Of a stretch of DNA of 63,046 bases, positions 29,665 through 40,495 are shown piece by piece (position 1 is the stretch's first letter; the number at the start of each line of letters is the position of its first letter). The translations under genes and the position numbers were made by a program. Origin of the DNA: Mucilaginibacter sp. (GTDB taxonomy: Bacteria; Bacteroidota; Bacteroidia; Sphingobacteriales; Sphingobacteriaceae); NCBI GenBank assembly GCA_028287805.1, contig JAQBOY010000005.1, forward strand, positions 1 through 63,046. The letters are read 5' to 3'. The notes under the pieces are model-generated. The model made no database searches, was not told where the DNA came from, and worked only from the letters and a program-made list of their open reading frames with translations.

Positions 29665-32600
29665 ATGATGAAACTATTTACAAAAAAAGAGAAGCTATTA
29701 TGGATGATGCTGCCCATAATGCTTTACATGTTATGCTTCAATATTGCTGCATCTGCACAGTCTCGAACAATTAATGGATCGATTACAGATAAAAATCGGG
29801 ACGTCTTGCCGGGTGTTTCAGTAAGAGTTAAGAATTTCAATAAAGGAACTGTAACAGATGTTGATGGTAAATTCTCTTTAGCTCTTGATGCTGGACAGAA
29901 TACGTTGGTGTTTACTTCCATTGGTTTTGTTTCTCAAGAAATTAAGATTTCCAGTACAACGCTTAGTATAATTTTACAAGAATCTGATCCGCAGCTTAAT
30001 GAGGTAATTGTAGTAGGTTATGGCACTCAGAAAAAGGCTAATGTTATCGGATCTGTAGCTCAGATTAATAGCGATGATTTGAAACAATCGCCAACCATGA
30101 ATATCACTAATATGCTGGCTGGTCGTTTGCCCGGTATCACCACTTTACAACAATCAGGAAGGCCAGGTGCAGATGACGCCACTCTTCGCGTAAGGGGTAC
30201 ATCTACTTATGCAGGTGCGCAGGGACCTACTGTAATTGTAGATGGGGTTGAACGTCCTTTTTCTCAATTAGATCCTAATGAAATTGAAAGTATCTCAGTC
30301 TTGAAAGATGCTTTATCTGCAGCGGTATATGGTTTACAAGGTGCAAACGGAGTAATATTAGTAACTACTAAAAGAGGTAAAGCTCAACAGGCAAAAATAA
30401 CTTATGACGCTGCTTTAATGGTAAATTCCAATACCCGTTTCCCTAAATTTTTAAACGGCCCGGATTATATGGATTGGTTTTCCAGAGCTGAAGAACTGGA
30501 TAATGAGTACAGGTTGAATACAGGGCAAAATCCGAGCCCCTTGACCTATAATCAAGCGCAGATAGATGCAGTTAGAAATGGAACCAATACAAACCCGCTT
30601 TTGGGAAATACGGATTGGGTGGGTGAGCTTATGGGGAAATCAAGCGCTACTCAAAGCCACAGTATTACGGTTAGAGGCGGAACAGAAAAAGTTAAATACT
30701 TCTCTAATATTGGTTATTTAGATCAGGATGGTGTAGTGGCAAATACAGGCTATAAACGCTATAATATAAGAACTAACCTTGACGCCCAGTTAAACAAGAT
30801 TCTTTCTGTTTCATTAGATCTTGGTGCAAGGATGCAAAAAACTACTACACCTGGCATATCTCCGGATAATACTGCTTATTTTAATCCATTCTATCAGGCA
30901 GTTAGAGCATTGCCTAACATGCCGATGTATGCAGCGAATGGTTTACCAACGGCTTATAATAGTAATGGAGGATATGTTAACCCGATTGCCTCCGTATTGC
31001 AATCAGGATACCAGAATAGCGAAACCGATGTTTTCCAAAGTACGCTAACTTTCAATGTTAAAATTCCATGGGTGGAGGGTCTTACCGCTAAAGTGCTGTC
31101 CTCATTTGATAAAAATGCTACAGAAAATAAAAGCTGGACAACTCCATACCAATTAATGGGAAGAGGAAGAAACCAAACCACGGGAGATTTCACATTGCTG
31201 GCCAACCCTCCGGGTATTACTGTAAATACATTACGACAAAGTTATAGCCAGAACAACAGAGTATCATTTCAGCCAAGTTTAAATTATACAAAAACTTTTA
31301 ATGAGCATACCTTTACCGCTTTGGTATTGTATGAGTGGTCGCAAAGGAAATCGAACCTGTTTTCAGCAGGAGCTAGGAATTTTGCATTAGGCGAACTTCA
31401 GGATATTGATTTTGGCAGTTCTGCCTCACAAGATTTTATCAGTCCTACAGGTTCTAGTGGCGTAGAGGCTAGGAGTGGATATGTTGGACGGGTCAATTAT
31501 TCTTATAAAAGAAAATATTTATTTGAAGCAGCTTTTAGAGCAGATGCTTCCATTAACTTTCCAGAAGAAGGACGTTGGGGTTATTTCCCAGGAGCGGGAT
31601 TTGGCTGGATTGCGAGTGAAGAAGCTTTTTTTAGTAAAATAAAAAATACTGTAAATTTCTTAAAATTTAAGGCTTCTCATGGTGTTTCGGGTAAAGATGG
31701 AACGGGAACGGCATTTGCCTATCTTCCAAGTTTTAGCTTAACAGAAAGCCCTGTAGTTGTTATTGGAGGTGCACCTCTTGCAGCGCTTTATACACAAAGT
31801 CCGCCGAATAGAGATATAACATGGGAGAAGCATCATATTACAAATGTAGGTTTTGAAGCAGAACTATGGAATGGTAAACTGGGTATTGATTTTGATTATT
31901 TCTATAAAGTTGTAACTGATGTTTTAACAGGAAGGGGATCTCTTTATCCTCCATCAATTGGTGGTAATTACCCTTCAACATTTAATGATGGCATAACCGA
32001 TAATAGGGGATTTGACCTTCAGATCAGACACAGAAATAGGTTAAATAAATTTAACTATTCTGTTACTGGTAATTTTAACTGGGCCAGAAATAAGACCATC
32101 TTAATTAATGAAAACCCAAATCTTCCGTCTTGGCAAAAAAGAACAGGCCGCCCTATTGGAGAAAAAATGGGATTTGTTGTTGAGGGCTTTTATCAATCAT
32201 GGGAGGAAGCAAGAAATGGTTCTTCTCCAAGTAGCGGTGCAATAGCCCCTGGTTATTTCAAATACAAAGATTTAAATGGAGATGGACGCATTACACGTGA
32301 TGCAGACATGACCTTTATTGGAAGAAGTAATTTACCAGAGATTATGTACGGTCTTAATCTGGAAGCCAGTTATTCCGGATTTGATTTTTCTGCTCTGTTT
32401 CAAGGAGCTGCTCTATCCAGTATTGCTTTAGGCGGAGTATATGAAGGTTCTTCAGGTACCTCTGGAATTGAGGATAATAGTCCGTTTACTAAAACATTTT
32501 ATGGATTCGGAAATTCGCCATACTATTTAGTAGAGCAAGCATGGACTCCTACTAATACAAATGCAAAATATCCAAGGTTAACTTCCGGAGGGGTAGCACT

Positions 32601-32859
32601 TTCTCCGCATAATGCAAATGCCAACTCAGGTTTTATTGTAAACAATGATTATTTACGATTAAAATCCATTCAATTAGGTTACACACTTCCAAAGAGCTTT
32701 TTTAAATATAAAATAGAAAGAATTCGCTTCTATGTATCTGGCTTTAATCTCTTTACCTGGGATAAGTTAAAATACTTAGATCCTGAAATGCCTAACGTAA
32801 ATAATGGATTTTATCCGCAGCAAAAAATGATTTCCGGTGGAATGAACGTAACATTTTAA
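29665..32859 (+). CDS. susC: SusC/RagA TonB-dependent transporter
   Basis: LKDA.SAAVYG..GANGVILVTTKRG, C-terminal YPQQK....G.NVTF. Confidence 0.97.
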   Translation: MMKLFTKKEKLLWMMLPIMLYMLCFNIAASAQSRTINGSITDKNRDVLPGVSVRVKNFNKGTVTDVDGKFSLALDAGQNTLVFTSIGFVSQEIKISSTTLSIILQESDPQLNEVIVVGYGTQKKANVIGSVAQINSDDLKQSPTMNITNMLAGRLPGITTLQQSGRPGADDATLRVRGTSTYAGAQGPTVIVDGVERPFSQLDPNEIESISVLKDALSAAVYGLQGANGVILVTTKRGKAQQAKITYDAALMVNSNTRFPKFLNGPDYMDWFSRAEELDNEYRLNTGQNPSPLTYNQAQIDAVRNGTNTNPLLGNTDWVGELMGKSSATQSHSITVRGGTEKVKYFSNIGYLDQDGVVANTGYKRYNIRTNLDAQLNKILSVSLDLGARMQKTTTPGISPDNTAYFNPFYQAVRALPNMPMYAANGLPTAYNSNGGYVNPIASVLQSGYQNSETDVFQSTLTFNVKIPWVEGLTAKVLSSFDKNATENKSWTTPYQLMGRGRNQTTGDFTLLANPPGITVNTLRQSYSQNNRVSFQPSLNYTKTFNEHTFTALVLYEWSQRKSNLFSAGARNFALGELQDIDFGSSASQDFISPTGSSGVEARSGYVGRVNYSYKRKYLFEAAFRADASINFPEEGRWGYFPGAGFGWIASEEAFFSKIKNTVNFLKFKASHGVSGKDGTGTAFAYLPSFSLTESPVVVIGGAPLAALYTQSPPNRDITWEKHHITNVGFEAELWNGKLGIDFDYFYKVVTDVLTGRGSLYPPSIGGNYPSTFNDGITDNRGFDLQIRHRNRLNKFNYSVTGNFNWARNKTILINENPNLPSWQKRTGRPIGEKMGFVVEGFYQSWEEARNGSSPSSGAIAPGYFKYKDLNGDGRITRDADMTFIGRSNLPEIMYGLNLEASYSGFDFSALFQGAALSSIALGGVYEGSSGTSGIEDNSPFTKTFYGFGNSPYYLVEQAWTPTNTNAKYPRLTSGGVALSPHNANANSGFIVNNDYLRLKSIQLGYTLPKSFFKYKIERIRFYVSGFNLFTWDKLKYLDPEMPNVNNGFYPQQKMISGGMNVTF

Positions 32860-32868
32860 TTAGCAGCT

Positions 32869-34572
32869 ATGAAACAATATATAAAAGCAATAAAAAAATC
32901 ATTTGTTGTGGCCGGAGCTATTCTTGCCATGAGTGGATGTAAAATAGACACCAATCCTTTAGATAGATATACTGACGTAGCTGTTTATCAGAATCCTGCC
33001 AATATCAGATCCTATGTGATAGGAATGTATAGTGAGTTTAGTACGTTCAAATTTGGTACTTTTCCTATTGGATATGATAATGCAACAGATGCATTAACGG
33101 ATGTAATGAAATATACCTCCGGAATTTCCGGAAATGGAACGGTGAATATTCTGGCTTCAGATGCATCAAGAGTAAGTGCTTCTGGACCGCAATTAAATTA
33201 CTGGGCTACAGGATATGCCCGTATCCGTCGTTTAAACGAATTTTTAGAAGGACTGGATAAAAAAGCTAAGGGTCTGGATGGAGACGCAAAGTTGAAATTT
33301 CAAGCCGAAGCCCGTTTCATACGTGGATATGTTTATTTCTGGCTGGTTAGACTGCATGGTAGCGTAGTGTTGCTCGATAAGCTAACCTCTAATAAAGACA
33401 ATCCTCGTTCTAGCGAAGACGATTGCTGGAATTTTATAGCTGCGGATTTTGCTTTTGCAGCAGCAAATTTGCCTAAAACATGGGATGCCATTAATACAGG
33501 AAGAGCTACAAAAGGCGCCGCTTTCGGAATGCTGGCCAGAACTTGGTTGTATGCTGCATCTATTGCAGAATATGATAAAAAGCAATTTAATACCGATGAA
33601 TTAACAGGGGTACCGGCTTCAAAAGCCAGTGCTTATTATACCAATGCTTCCAATGCTGCAAATGAAGTTAAAAAATTAGCCGCTGAAGGGTTATACGATC
33701 TGGATGCAAACTTTGCCTCTATTTTTACCAATAAAAATACGAAGGAAGCTATCTTTAAAATAGATTTCGTAAGGCCTCAGCTAACTCATCAGTACGATTT
33801 AGGTTTTGCACCACCAAAAGATGCACCAGGACAAGTACTGGTTTACGGAGTGCCAACAGCGGAGCTTGTAAATGAATTTGAGATGAGTGATGGCTCTACT
33901 TTCTCATGGTCGAACTCAACAATGGCAGCTAATCCTTATGCAAACAGGGAGGCCCGTTTTAATGCAACTATATTGTATAATGGTGCTGTTTGGAAAGGCA
34001 GAACAATAAATACTACTACTTCTGATGCAGTTGAAGGCTTCACTGAATATGGCGCTTCCAGTGATCCAAAAAGAACAGTTAGTGGTTATTATGCCAAAAA
34101 ATTATTAGATCCGCTAAATACAAGTATTGTGGTTAATAAAAGTGATCAAAGCTGGATAGAAATGCGTTACGCTGAGGTTTTATTAATCGATGCAGAAGCA
34201 AAAACCAAAATCAATGATATTGCAGGGGCAAAATTATCACTAAATGCTCTTAGAACAAAAAGAGGATTACCAAATACACCTTCGCAGACGGGAACAGAGA
34301 TGATGAAAGCCATCGAACATGAGCGAATTGTAGAACTTGCTTTTGAAGGACATCGTTACTGGGACCTTAGAAGATGGAGAAAAGCACACATTGTGTTGAA
34401 TAATATTAGGTTTACGGGACATAAAATCACTCCCAATGGCTCAGGTGTTAGTTATACTACCGTATCCGTTGATAATTCAAACCGGCAGTTTACACCTGCT
34501 CTATATTATATTCCAATTCCTTTAGATGAAATTTTGAAAAATAACGCTATTACTCAAATCAAGGGATGGTAG
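32869..34572 (+). CDS. susD: SusD/RagB family lipoprotein
   Basis: Lipobox MSGC; AEARFIR, RYAEVLL..AEA, ERIVELAFEGHRYWDLRRW. Confidence 0.95.
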   Translation: MKQYIKAIKKSFVVAGAILAMSGCKIDTNPLDRYTDVAVYQNPANIRSYVIGMYSEFSTFKFGTFPIGYDNATDALTDVMKYTSGISGNGTVNILASDASRVSASGPQLNYWATGYARIRRLNEFLEGLDKKAKGLDGDAKLKFQAEARFIRGYVYFWLVRLHGSVVLLDKLTSNKDNPRSSEDDCWNFIAADFAFAAANLPKTWDAINTGRATKGAAFGMLARTWLYAASIAEYDKKQFNTDELTGVPASKASAYYTNASNAANEVKKLAAEGLYDLDANFASIFTNKNTKEAIFKIDFVRPQLTHQYDLGFAPPKDAPGQVLVYGVPTAELVNEFEMSDGSTFSWSNSTMAANPYANREARFNATILYNGAVWKGRTINTTTSDAVEGFTEYGASSDPKRTVSGYYAKKLLDPLNTSIVVNKSDQSWIEMRYAEVLLIDAEAKTKINDIAGAKLSLNALRTKRGLPNTPSQTGTEMMKAIEHERIVELAFEGHRYWDLRRWRKAHIVLNNIRFTGHKITPNGSGVSYTTVSVDNSNRQFTPALYYIPIPLDEILKNNAITQIKGW

Positions 34573-34601
34573 TATTTAATCATAATATTAAATTTTTAAT
34601 A

Positions 34602-36281
34602 ATGAAAAAATTATCATTAAGTTTTATTGTTACTGCATTGGTTTGTCTGATGCTTAACTCTTGCAAGAAAGCGGAAGAGGTGATACACAATACCAGTAAT
34701 GAACTGGCTGACGTATATGGAACTTTGGAAGGTAAAGGTAGTAGTCGTCTCTTCGAACCTCGTTACAGTGCTAATAAGGATACAATTTATTTCGATATAC
34801 CTTATTATTATCCAGCCAATTCTGATAATGAAGTTGATCTTTCAAAAATAATTTTAAGATCAACTGTACCTTCGGATGCGATTGTAACTCCTGCTTTAGG
34901 TATTATACAGAATGTATCCAAACCATTTACTTTAAAAATTACATCAGGATCTGGCGAAATTAGATCATTTGTTGTGGTTTCTAAAAAGGTTGGCGATGTA
35001 TCTATCACTAATTCAAATATAAAATATCAAGCCGGTAGTTCTTCTCAAAGTGTAGAAGCCGTTATTAAAGATGCGGATATTTTATTTTATATTTTACCGG
35101 GAACCGATGTAACTAGCGCTACACTTAATCTTAGTATTAATAAACACTCAAGCAGTTCTATCGCAAACGGCTCTACCATCAATCTATCACAAAATATACC
35201 TTTAACTATAACAGGTATAGATGGTTCTAAAAAAATCTATACACTTAAAGCAACCGAACCTGTAAAACTAGATTATGGTGTAGGTATAAACAGAAGATTG
35301 TGGAGTAAATCCGCGGCTGAACTAGGTTTTACCACCAATATGGAAACTTCGTTTGCAATTTCCGGAAATTATCTGGTTACTTCTCTTAGAACAAGTCCAG
35401 CTAAATATAGGGTGTTTAACCGGTTTACAGGGGCTTATGTTAAAGATATGGCCCTTCCTTATACTGTTTTGTCTTTCCAAGTTGCACATGATGCTTCTGG
35501 CCATCTATTGGGGGCAACTTATGGCGCTAAAAGTGGCAAATTCATTGCCTATAAATGGAGTGATATTGATGCTGTGCCTGTAAAATTGATCGATTGGACT
35601 AACAACAATCCAGGTGCAGTAACAGGAGATGGCGGAGTAGGAAGACGGGTTAATATTTATGGAGACCTCAATACCAATGCGGTGATTATGTCTACTGCTG
35701 GTCAATCTTCCGTCATATACAAATGGAGAGTGCAAAACGGCATACTATTAAATAATACTCCTGAAGTTGTAAGATACTTGTCAGTTACAGGTGGAGCCGC
35801 CAGTTTTATGGGCTATAACGCAGATGCACAGCCTACTTCTGCCGATGCTAATGCAAATTATTTTATCAATTACCAGTTTGAAATAGGTTTGGTAAATGGT
35901 GTAACGAATGAAAGAATCATTGGTTTCGCAAATGAAACTGATGTTTTCGGCATATTCCACTTTGCTACAGATTATATAGAATTTAATAACGCAAAATACC
36001 TTGCTGTTCAAAAATTTGTAAAATCATTTAGTTACAATAATGCAGTTATGAGCCTGTTTGATGTTACAGAAAATTCCAAGATAAGTTTATCTGCTACAGA
36101 TCCAAGGTATCCAACTTTCAATATCTATAATTCAGAAGAGTTTTTAGGAGCAAATGCAAATGTCAACGGTACAGGAGATATTTGTATAACCCTAAGTCCT
36201 GATAAAGAGCGGATGCAGGTGTACATGTTGCTTACAAATGGTGGAATCATAGCGCATGAGTTCACTAAGTATACTCCATAA
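34602..36281 (+). CDS. Surface lipoprotein (DUF5018-like Ig repeats plus C-terminal beta domain), putative glycan-binding protein
   Basis: Lipobox LNSC after ATG at 34602; lies directly after susD. Confidence 0.7.
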   Translation: MKKLSLSFIVTALVCLMLNSCKKAEEVIHNTSNELADVYGTLEGKGSSRLFEPRYSANKDTIYFDIPYYYPANSDNEVDLSKIILRSTVPSDAIVTPALGIIQNVSKPFTLKITSGSGEIRSFVVVSKKVGDVSITNSNIKYQAGSSSQSVEAVIKDADILFYILPGTDVTSATLNLSINKHSSSSIANGSTINLSQNIPLTITGIDGSKKIYTLKATEPVKLDYGVGINRRLWSKSAAELGFTTNMETSFAISGNYLVTSLRTSPAKYRVFNRFTGAYVKDMALPYTVLSFQVAHDASGHLLGATYGAKSGKFIAYKWSDIDAVPVKLIDWTNNNPGAVTGDGGVGRRVNIYGDLNTNAVIMSTAGQSSVIYKWRVQNGILLNNTPEVVRYLSVTGGAASFMGYNADAQPTSADANANYFINYQFEIGLVNGVTNERIIGFANETDVFGIFHFATDYIEFNNAKYLAVQKFVKSFSYNNAVMSLFDVTENSKISLSATDPRYPTFNIYNSEEFLGANANVNGTGDICITLSPDKERMQVYMLLTNGGIIAHEFTKYTP

Positions 36282-36295
36282 TAACTTCTTGTTAG

Positions 36296-36326
36296 ATAAC
36301 TCTTTGTTCATAGAATGAAGAGTTAT
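36296..36326 (+). terminator. Intra-operon hairpin
   Basis: ATAACTCTTTGTTC/GAATGAAGAGTTAT inverted repeat. Confidence 0.5.
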
Positions 36327-36358
36327 TTGTTTGCCACTTTTTTCTAAAATCTAATACG

Positions 36359-37759
36359 ATGAAGATCATTTATAAGATAATTACGGTTGCAATAATAGGT
36401 TTATTTGGCTTGGCTGCTTGTAAAAAATCCAATCCAGACAAAACTTCCAATCCTGGAGGAGAACCTATTCCTGTCGATACGGTCACTAAAAGAGGGGAAG
36501 CAATTATCTGGGTAGATGCTCGTTCCAATGTTTTTGGCACCTATGGGCGGTTTAATGATACTGCCAAGATCAGAAGAGTACTTGATACCTTAAAAGAAGT
36601 AGGTGTAACAGGCTTAGTATTAGATGTAAAAGGGTCTACTGGATATACGATGTATCCTAGTATTTATTCGCAGCAATTAACTACCCTTGATGGCAAGAGC
36701 TTTACACCCGGAGTTGATTATGTGGGCTTTATGGTAACTGAAGCCCGAAAACGTAATTTTAAAGTGTACGCCTCTATTGTCACTTTTGTTGAAGGATCCA
36801 GCTCCAAAGGCAAGGTATATGAAGATCCGCTTTGGAGAGATCAGTATCAATCTATAGTATGTGATGCAAGTGGAAACCGTGTTCCCATTACAACAACAGG
36901 TAAAAACGGTTTTGTTAATCCTGCTATTCCAGCGGTGCAAGAAAGAGCACTCAATATCATTAAGGAAATAGTAGCAAAGTATGAGATTGATGGAATGCTC
37001 CTGGATTATGCACGCTACACAGATATAAATGCAGATTTTTCTGATTTCAGCAAAAATGATTTTATAAAATTTCTGGAGCAAAGATATAATGATACTGAAG
37101 CAAATAAAATGAGTTTTCCTTCAGATATTGTTTCAACCTGGAAAACGGTTAGTGGTCAGGTGTTGCCCAATGCTACCGGAAAATACTATAAACGCTGGTT
37201 ACTTTACAGGGCTACTGTGATACATGATTTCTTTGTAAAGGCGAAAATCGCAGTTAAAAGTGTTAAGCCTAATATAAAATTTGGTACCTATGTTGGGGCA
37301 TGGTATACCACATATTATCAAGTAGGAGTAAACTGGGCGAGTGAGAATTACGATCCTTTTAATGACCCGGAGCTACGTTTTGACTGGGCATATCCTGATT
37401 ATAACAAAACAGGATATACAGAACAGCTAGACCTTTTAATGACAGGTAATTATTTTACCCAGTTAATGTTGAAAGATAATCCTGCAACAGCCGGACTCGC
37501 CTATCATTGGTGGAGCGTTGAAGGATCTTTGAAGGGTGCTAAATATATCACCAGAAATAAAATGCCTTTATATGGCAGCATAGATATGGGTAATGTAGAT
37601 TGGGCTAATCAACAAGCTATCAGCAATACCATAAAATATATTCGGGCAACTGCTACCGGAGGAGTAATGTTGTTTGACGTGGTTCACGTTTATGCTCCGG
37701 AATATAATCGCTTGAAGCAACCTCTTTGGAATGCGCTAAGAGAGGGTTTAAAGAAATAA
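36359..37759 (+). CDS. GHL10/DUF187-like glycoside hydrolase lipoprotein
   Basis: LDVK...G...YPS, FVNPA.P.VQ, Y.IDG..LDY.RY motifs; lipobox LAAC. Confidence 0.8.
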   Translation: MKIIYKIITVAIIGLFGLAACKKSNPDKTSNPGGEPIPVDTVTKRGEAIIWVDARSNVFGTYGRFNDTAKIRRVLDTLKEVGVTGLVLDVKGSTGYTMYPSIYSQQLTTLDGKSFTPGVDYVGFMVTEARKRNFKVYASIVTFVEGSSSKGKVYEDPLWRDQYQSIVCDASGNRVPITTTGKNGFVNPAIPAVQERALNIIKEIVAKYEIDGMLLDYARYTDINADFSDFSKNDFIKFLEQRYNDTEANKMSFPSDIVSTWKTVSGQVLPNATGKYYKRWLLYRATVIHDFFVKAKIAVKSVKPNIKFGTYVGAWYTTYYQVGVNWASENYDPFNDPELRFDWAYPDYNKTGYTEQLDLLMTGNYFTQLMLKDNPATAGLAYHWWSVEGSLKGAKYITRNKMPLYGSIDMGNVDWANQQAISNTIKYIRATATGGVMLFDVVHVYAPEYNRLKQPLWNALREGLKK

Positions 37760-37914
37760 TATGGTAGGTTGGTTTAGTTAGCGGACATGGTCCCTTGTTT
37801 TTATGGGAGAGCTATCCGTAAAAATTTGGAATAATATTGCTATAGATATCAGGTTTTGGCCTTAAACAAATTTATGCTGAAACTAAACCTGAGTTCTTAT
37901 AAAAATTTGGATTT

Positions 37915-37979
37915 GGGCGTTCGAGCGGGCTTTTCGTTACAATTTTTTTGCCCTGGAGAAGGGGTAAAAAAGATTTTCG
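37915..37979. repeat. Degenerate REP-like intergenic repeat
   Basis: GGGCGT..CGGGCTTTTCGTTACAAT plus hairpin TTTTTTGCCC/GGGTAAAAAA. Confidence 0.35.
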
Positions 37980-38032
37980 GAGAAAAATACAAACAGAAAT
38001 TAATTTAAAAGCTAAAATGGCCATTTCAGATC

Positions 38033-39064
38033 ATGTTAAAAATTAACTTAAAAAGGTTACTTCCTTTCTGCTTAGGTTTAACTATCCTGCTAGCAAATTC
38101 TTGTTCAGCAAAGAAGGATAATTTTAAGCCGATTTTAACTTCAGTTCCTGTAGTTGTTACAGAACAAAATTTAATTAAACTTCCTTCAGATTGGGTAATA
38201 TCCAGCACTTTAATGAATGGTTTTCCAACAGGAATAGAGGTTTATCAAAAAACTACACCAACTAACGGAAAAGCAACAAAAGCGTATTGCATCGTATTTG
38301 ATCCAAAGAGTTCTGTTCTTGAATTTAAGCCAATACTTCCAGACAATAATAAGAAGGTAAGTACACTTTATGTGGAAGAACCCGGTACAAAATACGCTTG
38401 TATAAACGGAGGCTTTTTTGGAACCAATGCATCTTACAGCTTGGTTATCTATAACAATACTATTTTGGCACCCAATATAAAATCATTAAGCAGGAATTAT
38501 AACAGCATTTCTACAACGTATTATCCCACCCGTGGAGCCTTTGGTATTTCTGCAAGCGGTTCGCCAGAAGTTGCCTGGGTATACAACGTTGGAACAGGAA
38601 ATGGAATTGTTTATAGCTATTCTGTACCCGCTGCCAATGAATTAAATAAGGCACCGGCGTCTCAGCCTACCAGCGCAAATCCGGCAGGAGCTAAAATATG
38701 GGATGTAATGAATGCTATAGGTGGTTCACCTGTTCTTATTAAAGATAACGAGATTAATATTTCTGATAAACAAGAACTGATAGAGATAGATAATGCCACA
38801 TCAAGAGCTCGTTCTGCCATTGGAATTACCGCTACAGGCAAAGTTATTCTCTTAGCAATTGAAGGAAATAATGCAGATGGAGGAACAGGGCTAAATCTTG
38901 CGGAACTTGCTGCCCTTATGAAAGATATGGGATGCACCGCTGCATTAAACCTGGATGGTGGAGGATCAACCTCATTAATGATAAACGGTCAGCAAACGGT
39001 AAAGCCAAGTGATGCAGCTGGTGAGAGACCGGTAATGAGTGCCATTATTATAAAGAAGAAATAA
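38033..39064 (+). CDS. Phosphodiester glycosidase (NAGPA/DUF2233) family lipoprotein
   Basis: INGGFF, RSAIG, ALNLDGGGST motifs. Confidence 0.92.
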   Translation: MLKINLKRLLPFCLGLTILLANSCSAKKDNFKPILTSVPVVVTEQNLIKLPSDWVISSTLMNGFPTGIEVYQKTTPTNGKATKAYCIVFDPKSSVLEFKPILPDNNKKVSTLYVEEPGTKYACINGGFFGTNASYSLVIYNNTILAPNIKSLSRNYNSISTTYYPTRGAFGISASGSPEVAWVYNVGTGNGIVYSYSVPAANELNKAPASQPTSANPAGAKIWDVMNAIGGSPVLIKDNEINISDKQELIEIDNATSRARSAIGITATGKVILLAIEGNNADGGTGLNLAELAALMKDMGCTAALNLDGGGSTSLMINGQQTVKPSDAAGERPVMSAIIIKKK

Positions 39065-39074
39065 TAATTTATAG

Positions 39075-40466
39075 ATGCAGATTATACCAAGAAATCATAG
39101 CCTTGATGCCCTGAGAGGACTGGCAATACTGCTGATGGTATTATCTAGCAGTATCTCTTTTGGTATTTTACCTGCATGGATGTACCATGCCCAAGTGCCA
39201 CCACCTCACCATATTTTTAATCCTGATTTGCCCGGTATTTCCTGGGTAGATCTGGTTTTTCCATTCTTTTTGTTTTCTATGGGCGCCGCTTTTCCGCTTG
39301 CTATGCAAAAGAAAGCAGAAAACCAATACATCTTAAAAGTATTAGCATCTACTGTACAGCGTTATTTTCTGTTGGTATCGTTTGCAATATTCACCGTACA
39401 TGCCCGCTCAGGAATGATGAACAGTACGCCTGGGTTAAAAGAATACTTGTTGTCTGTTTGCTGCTTTTTTGTACTTTTTTTAATTTATTCGCAGGGCGGA
39501 AGCACTTCCTCTAAACGATTGGGATGGTTATGGAAAATTTCAGGTTTAATTTTAGCCTTATTGTTCCTCTCCTTTTATCCTTTTGCCAAAGGCTTTAGCT
39601 TTTATACAAACGATATCATTATCATAGTATTGGCCAATATGGCGCTGTTTGGGTCTCTTGTTTGGTTCTTTACCCGTAAAAACCCGCTTTTGCGTATAGG
39701 GATCCTGCCTTTTATTATGGCTATATTTTTAGCATCTAAAGATCTGGGCAGCTGGAACAGCTATATCTTTAACTGGTCCCCGGCAACTTGGATGTATACG
39801 TTCTATTTCTTAAAATATCTGTTTATTGTATTACCCGCAACATTGGCAGGCGAGTGGTTGCTTGCGGCAAAGCCAGAGGTGAAAGTTCAGCCGCAGAAAT
39901 CTCATGGATTATTTATTGCGATACTGTGTTGGGCCCTGTTGCTTTGTAATCTGGTGGGTTTATACAACAGATGGCTCGTTCTGAATCTTATGGCCACGCT
40001 CCTTTTGTCAGGCTTAATTTTACTCCTGCTGAAACAAGTGAAAGAAGGAGTGGATAAAAGTCTTTTTACAAAATTTATCCATGCAGGGATTTATCTGCTG
40101 ATGCTCGGATTATTTTTTGAAGCTTACGAAGGTGGGATCAAAAAAGATATATCTACCTACAGCTATTATTTTGTAACGGCCGGATTGGGGTTTCTTATCT
40201 TACTTTCATTCATCATTTTTGAGAAACTAGGCTATTTCTCATCCGTACTTACTTACCTGAGCAATACTGGTAAAAACCCAATGATTGCTTATACTGCGGG
40301 TAATTTGCTGCTTATTCCTTTATTAAAACTAAGCGGAGCACATGTTTGGCTTGATAACATAGGAATTACTGCTGCCGGAGGTTTTATGCGTGGGATAATA
40401 TTTACTGGCATCGTATCTCTAATAACTGTTTTTTGTACAAAAAAGAACCTGTTCTGGAAAACCTGA
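39075..40466 (+). CDS. DUF5009 / HGSNAT(NagX)-like membrane acyltransferase family protein
   Basis: SLDALRGLAILLMVL, WVDLVFPFFLFSMG, IKKD..T.SY; multi-TM. Confidence 0.8.
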   Translation: MQIIPRNHSLDALRGLAILLMVLSSSISFGILPAWMYHAQVPPPHHIFNPDLPGISWVDLVFPFFLFSMGAAFPLAMQKKAENQYILKVLASTVQRYFLLVSFAIFTVHARSGMMNSTPGLKEYLLSVCCFFVLFLIYSQGGSTSSKRLGWLWKISGLILALLFLSFYPFAKGFSFYTNDIIIIVLANMALFGSLVWFFTRKNPLLRIGILPFIMAIFLASKDLGSWNSYIFNWSPATWMYTFYFLKYLFIVLPATLAGEWLLAAKPEVKVQPQKSHGLFIAILCWALLLCNLVGLYNRWLVLNLMATLLLSGLILLLLKQVKEGVDKSLFTKFIHAGIYLLMLGLFFEAYEGGIKKDISTYSYYFVTAGLGFLILLSFIIFEKLGYFSSVLTYLSNTGKNPMIAYTAGNLLLIPLLKLSGAHVWLDNIGITAAGGFMRGIIFTGIVSLITVFCTKKNLFWKT

Positions 40467-40495
40467 ACAGATAAACCAATTATATAAATAGAAGC

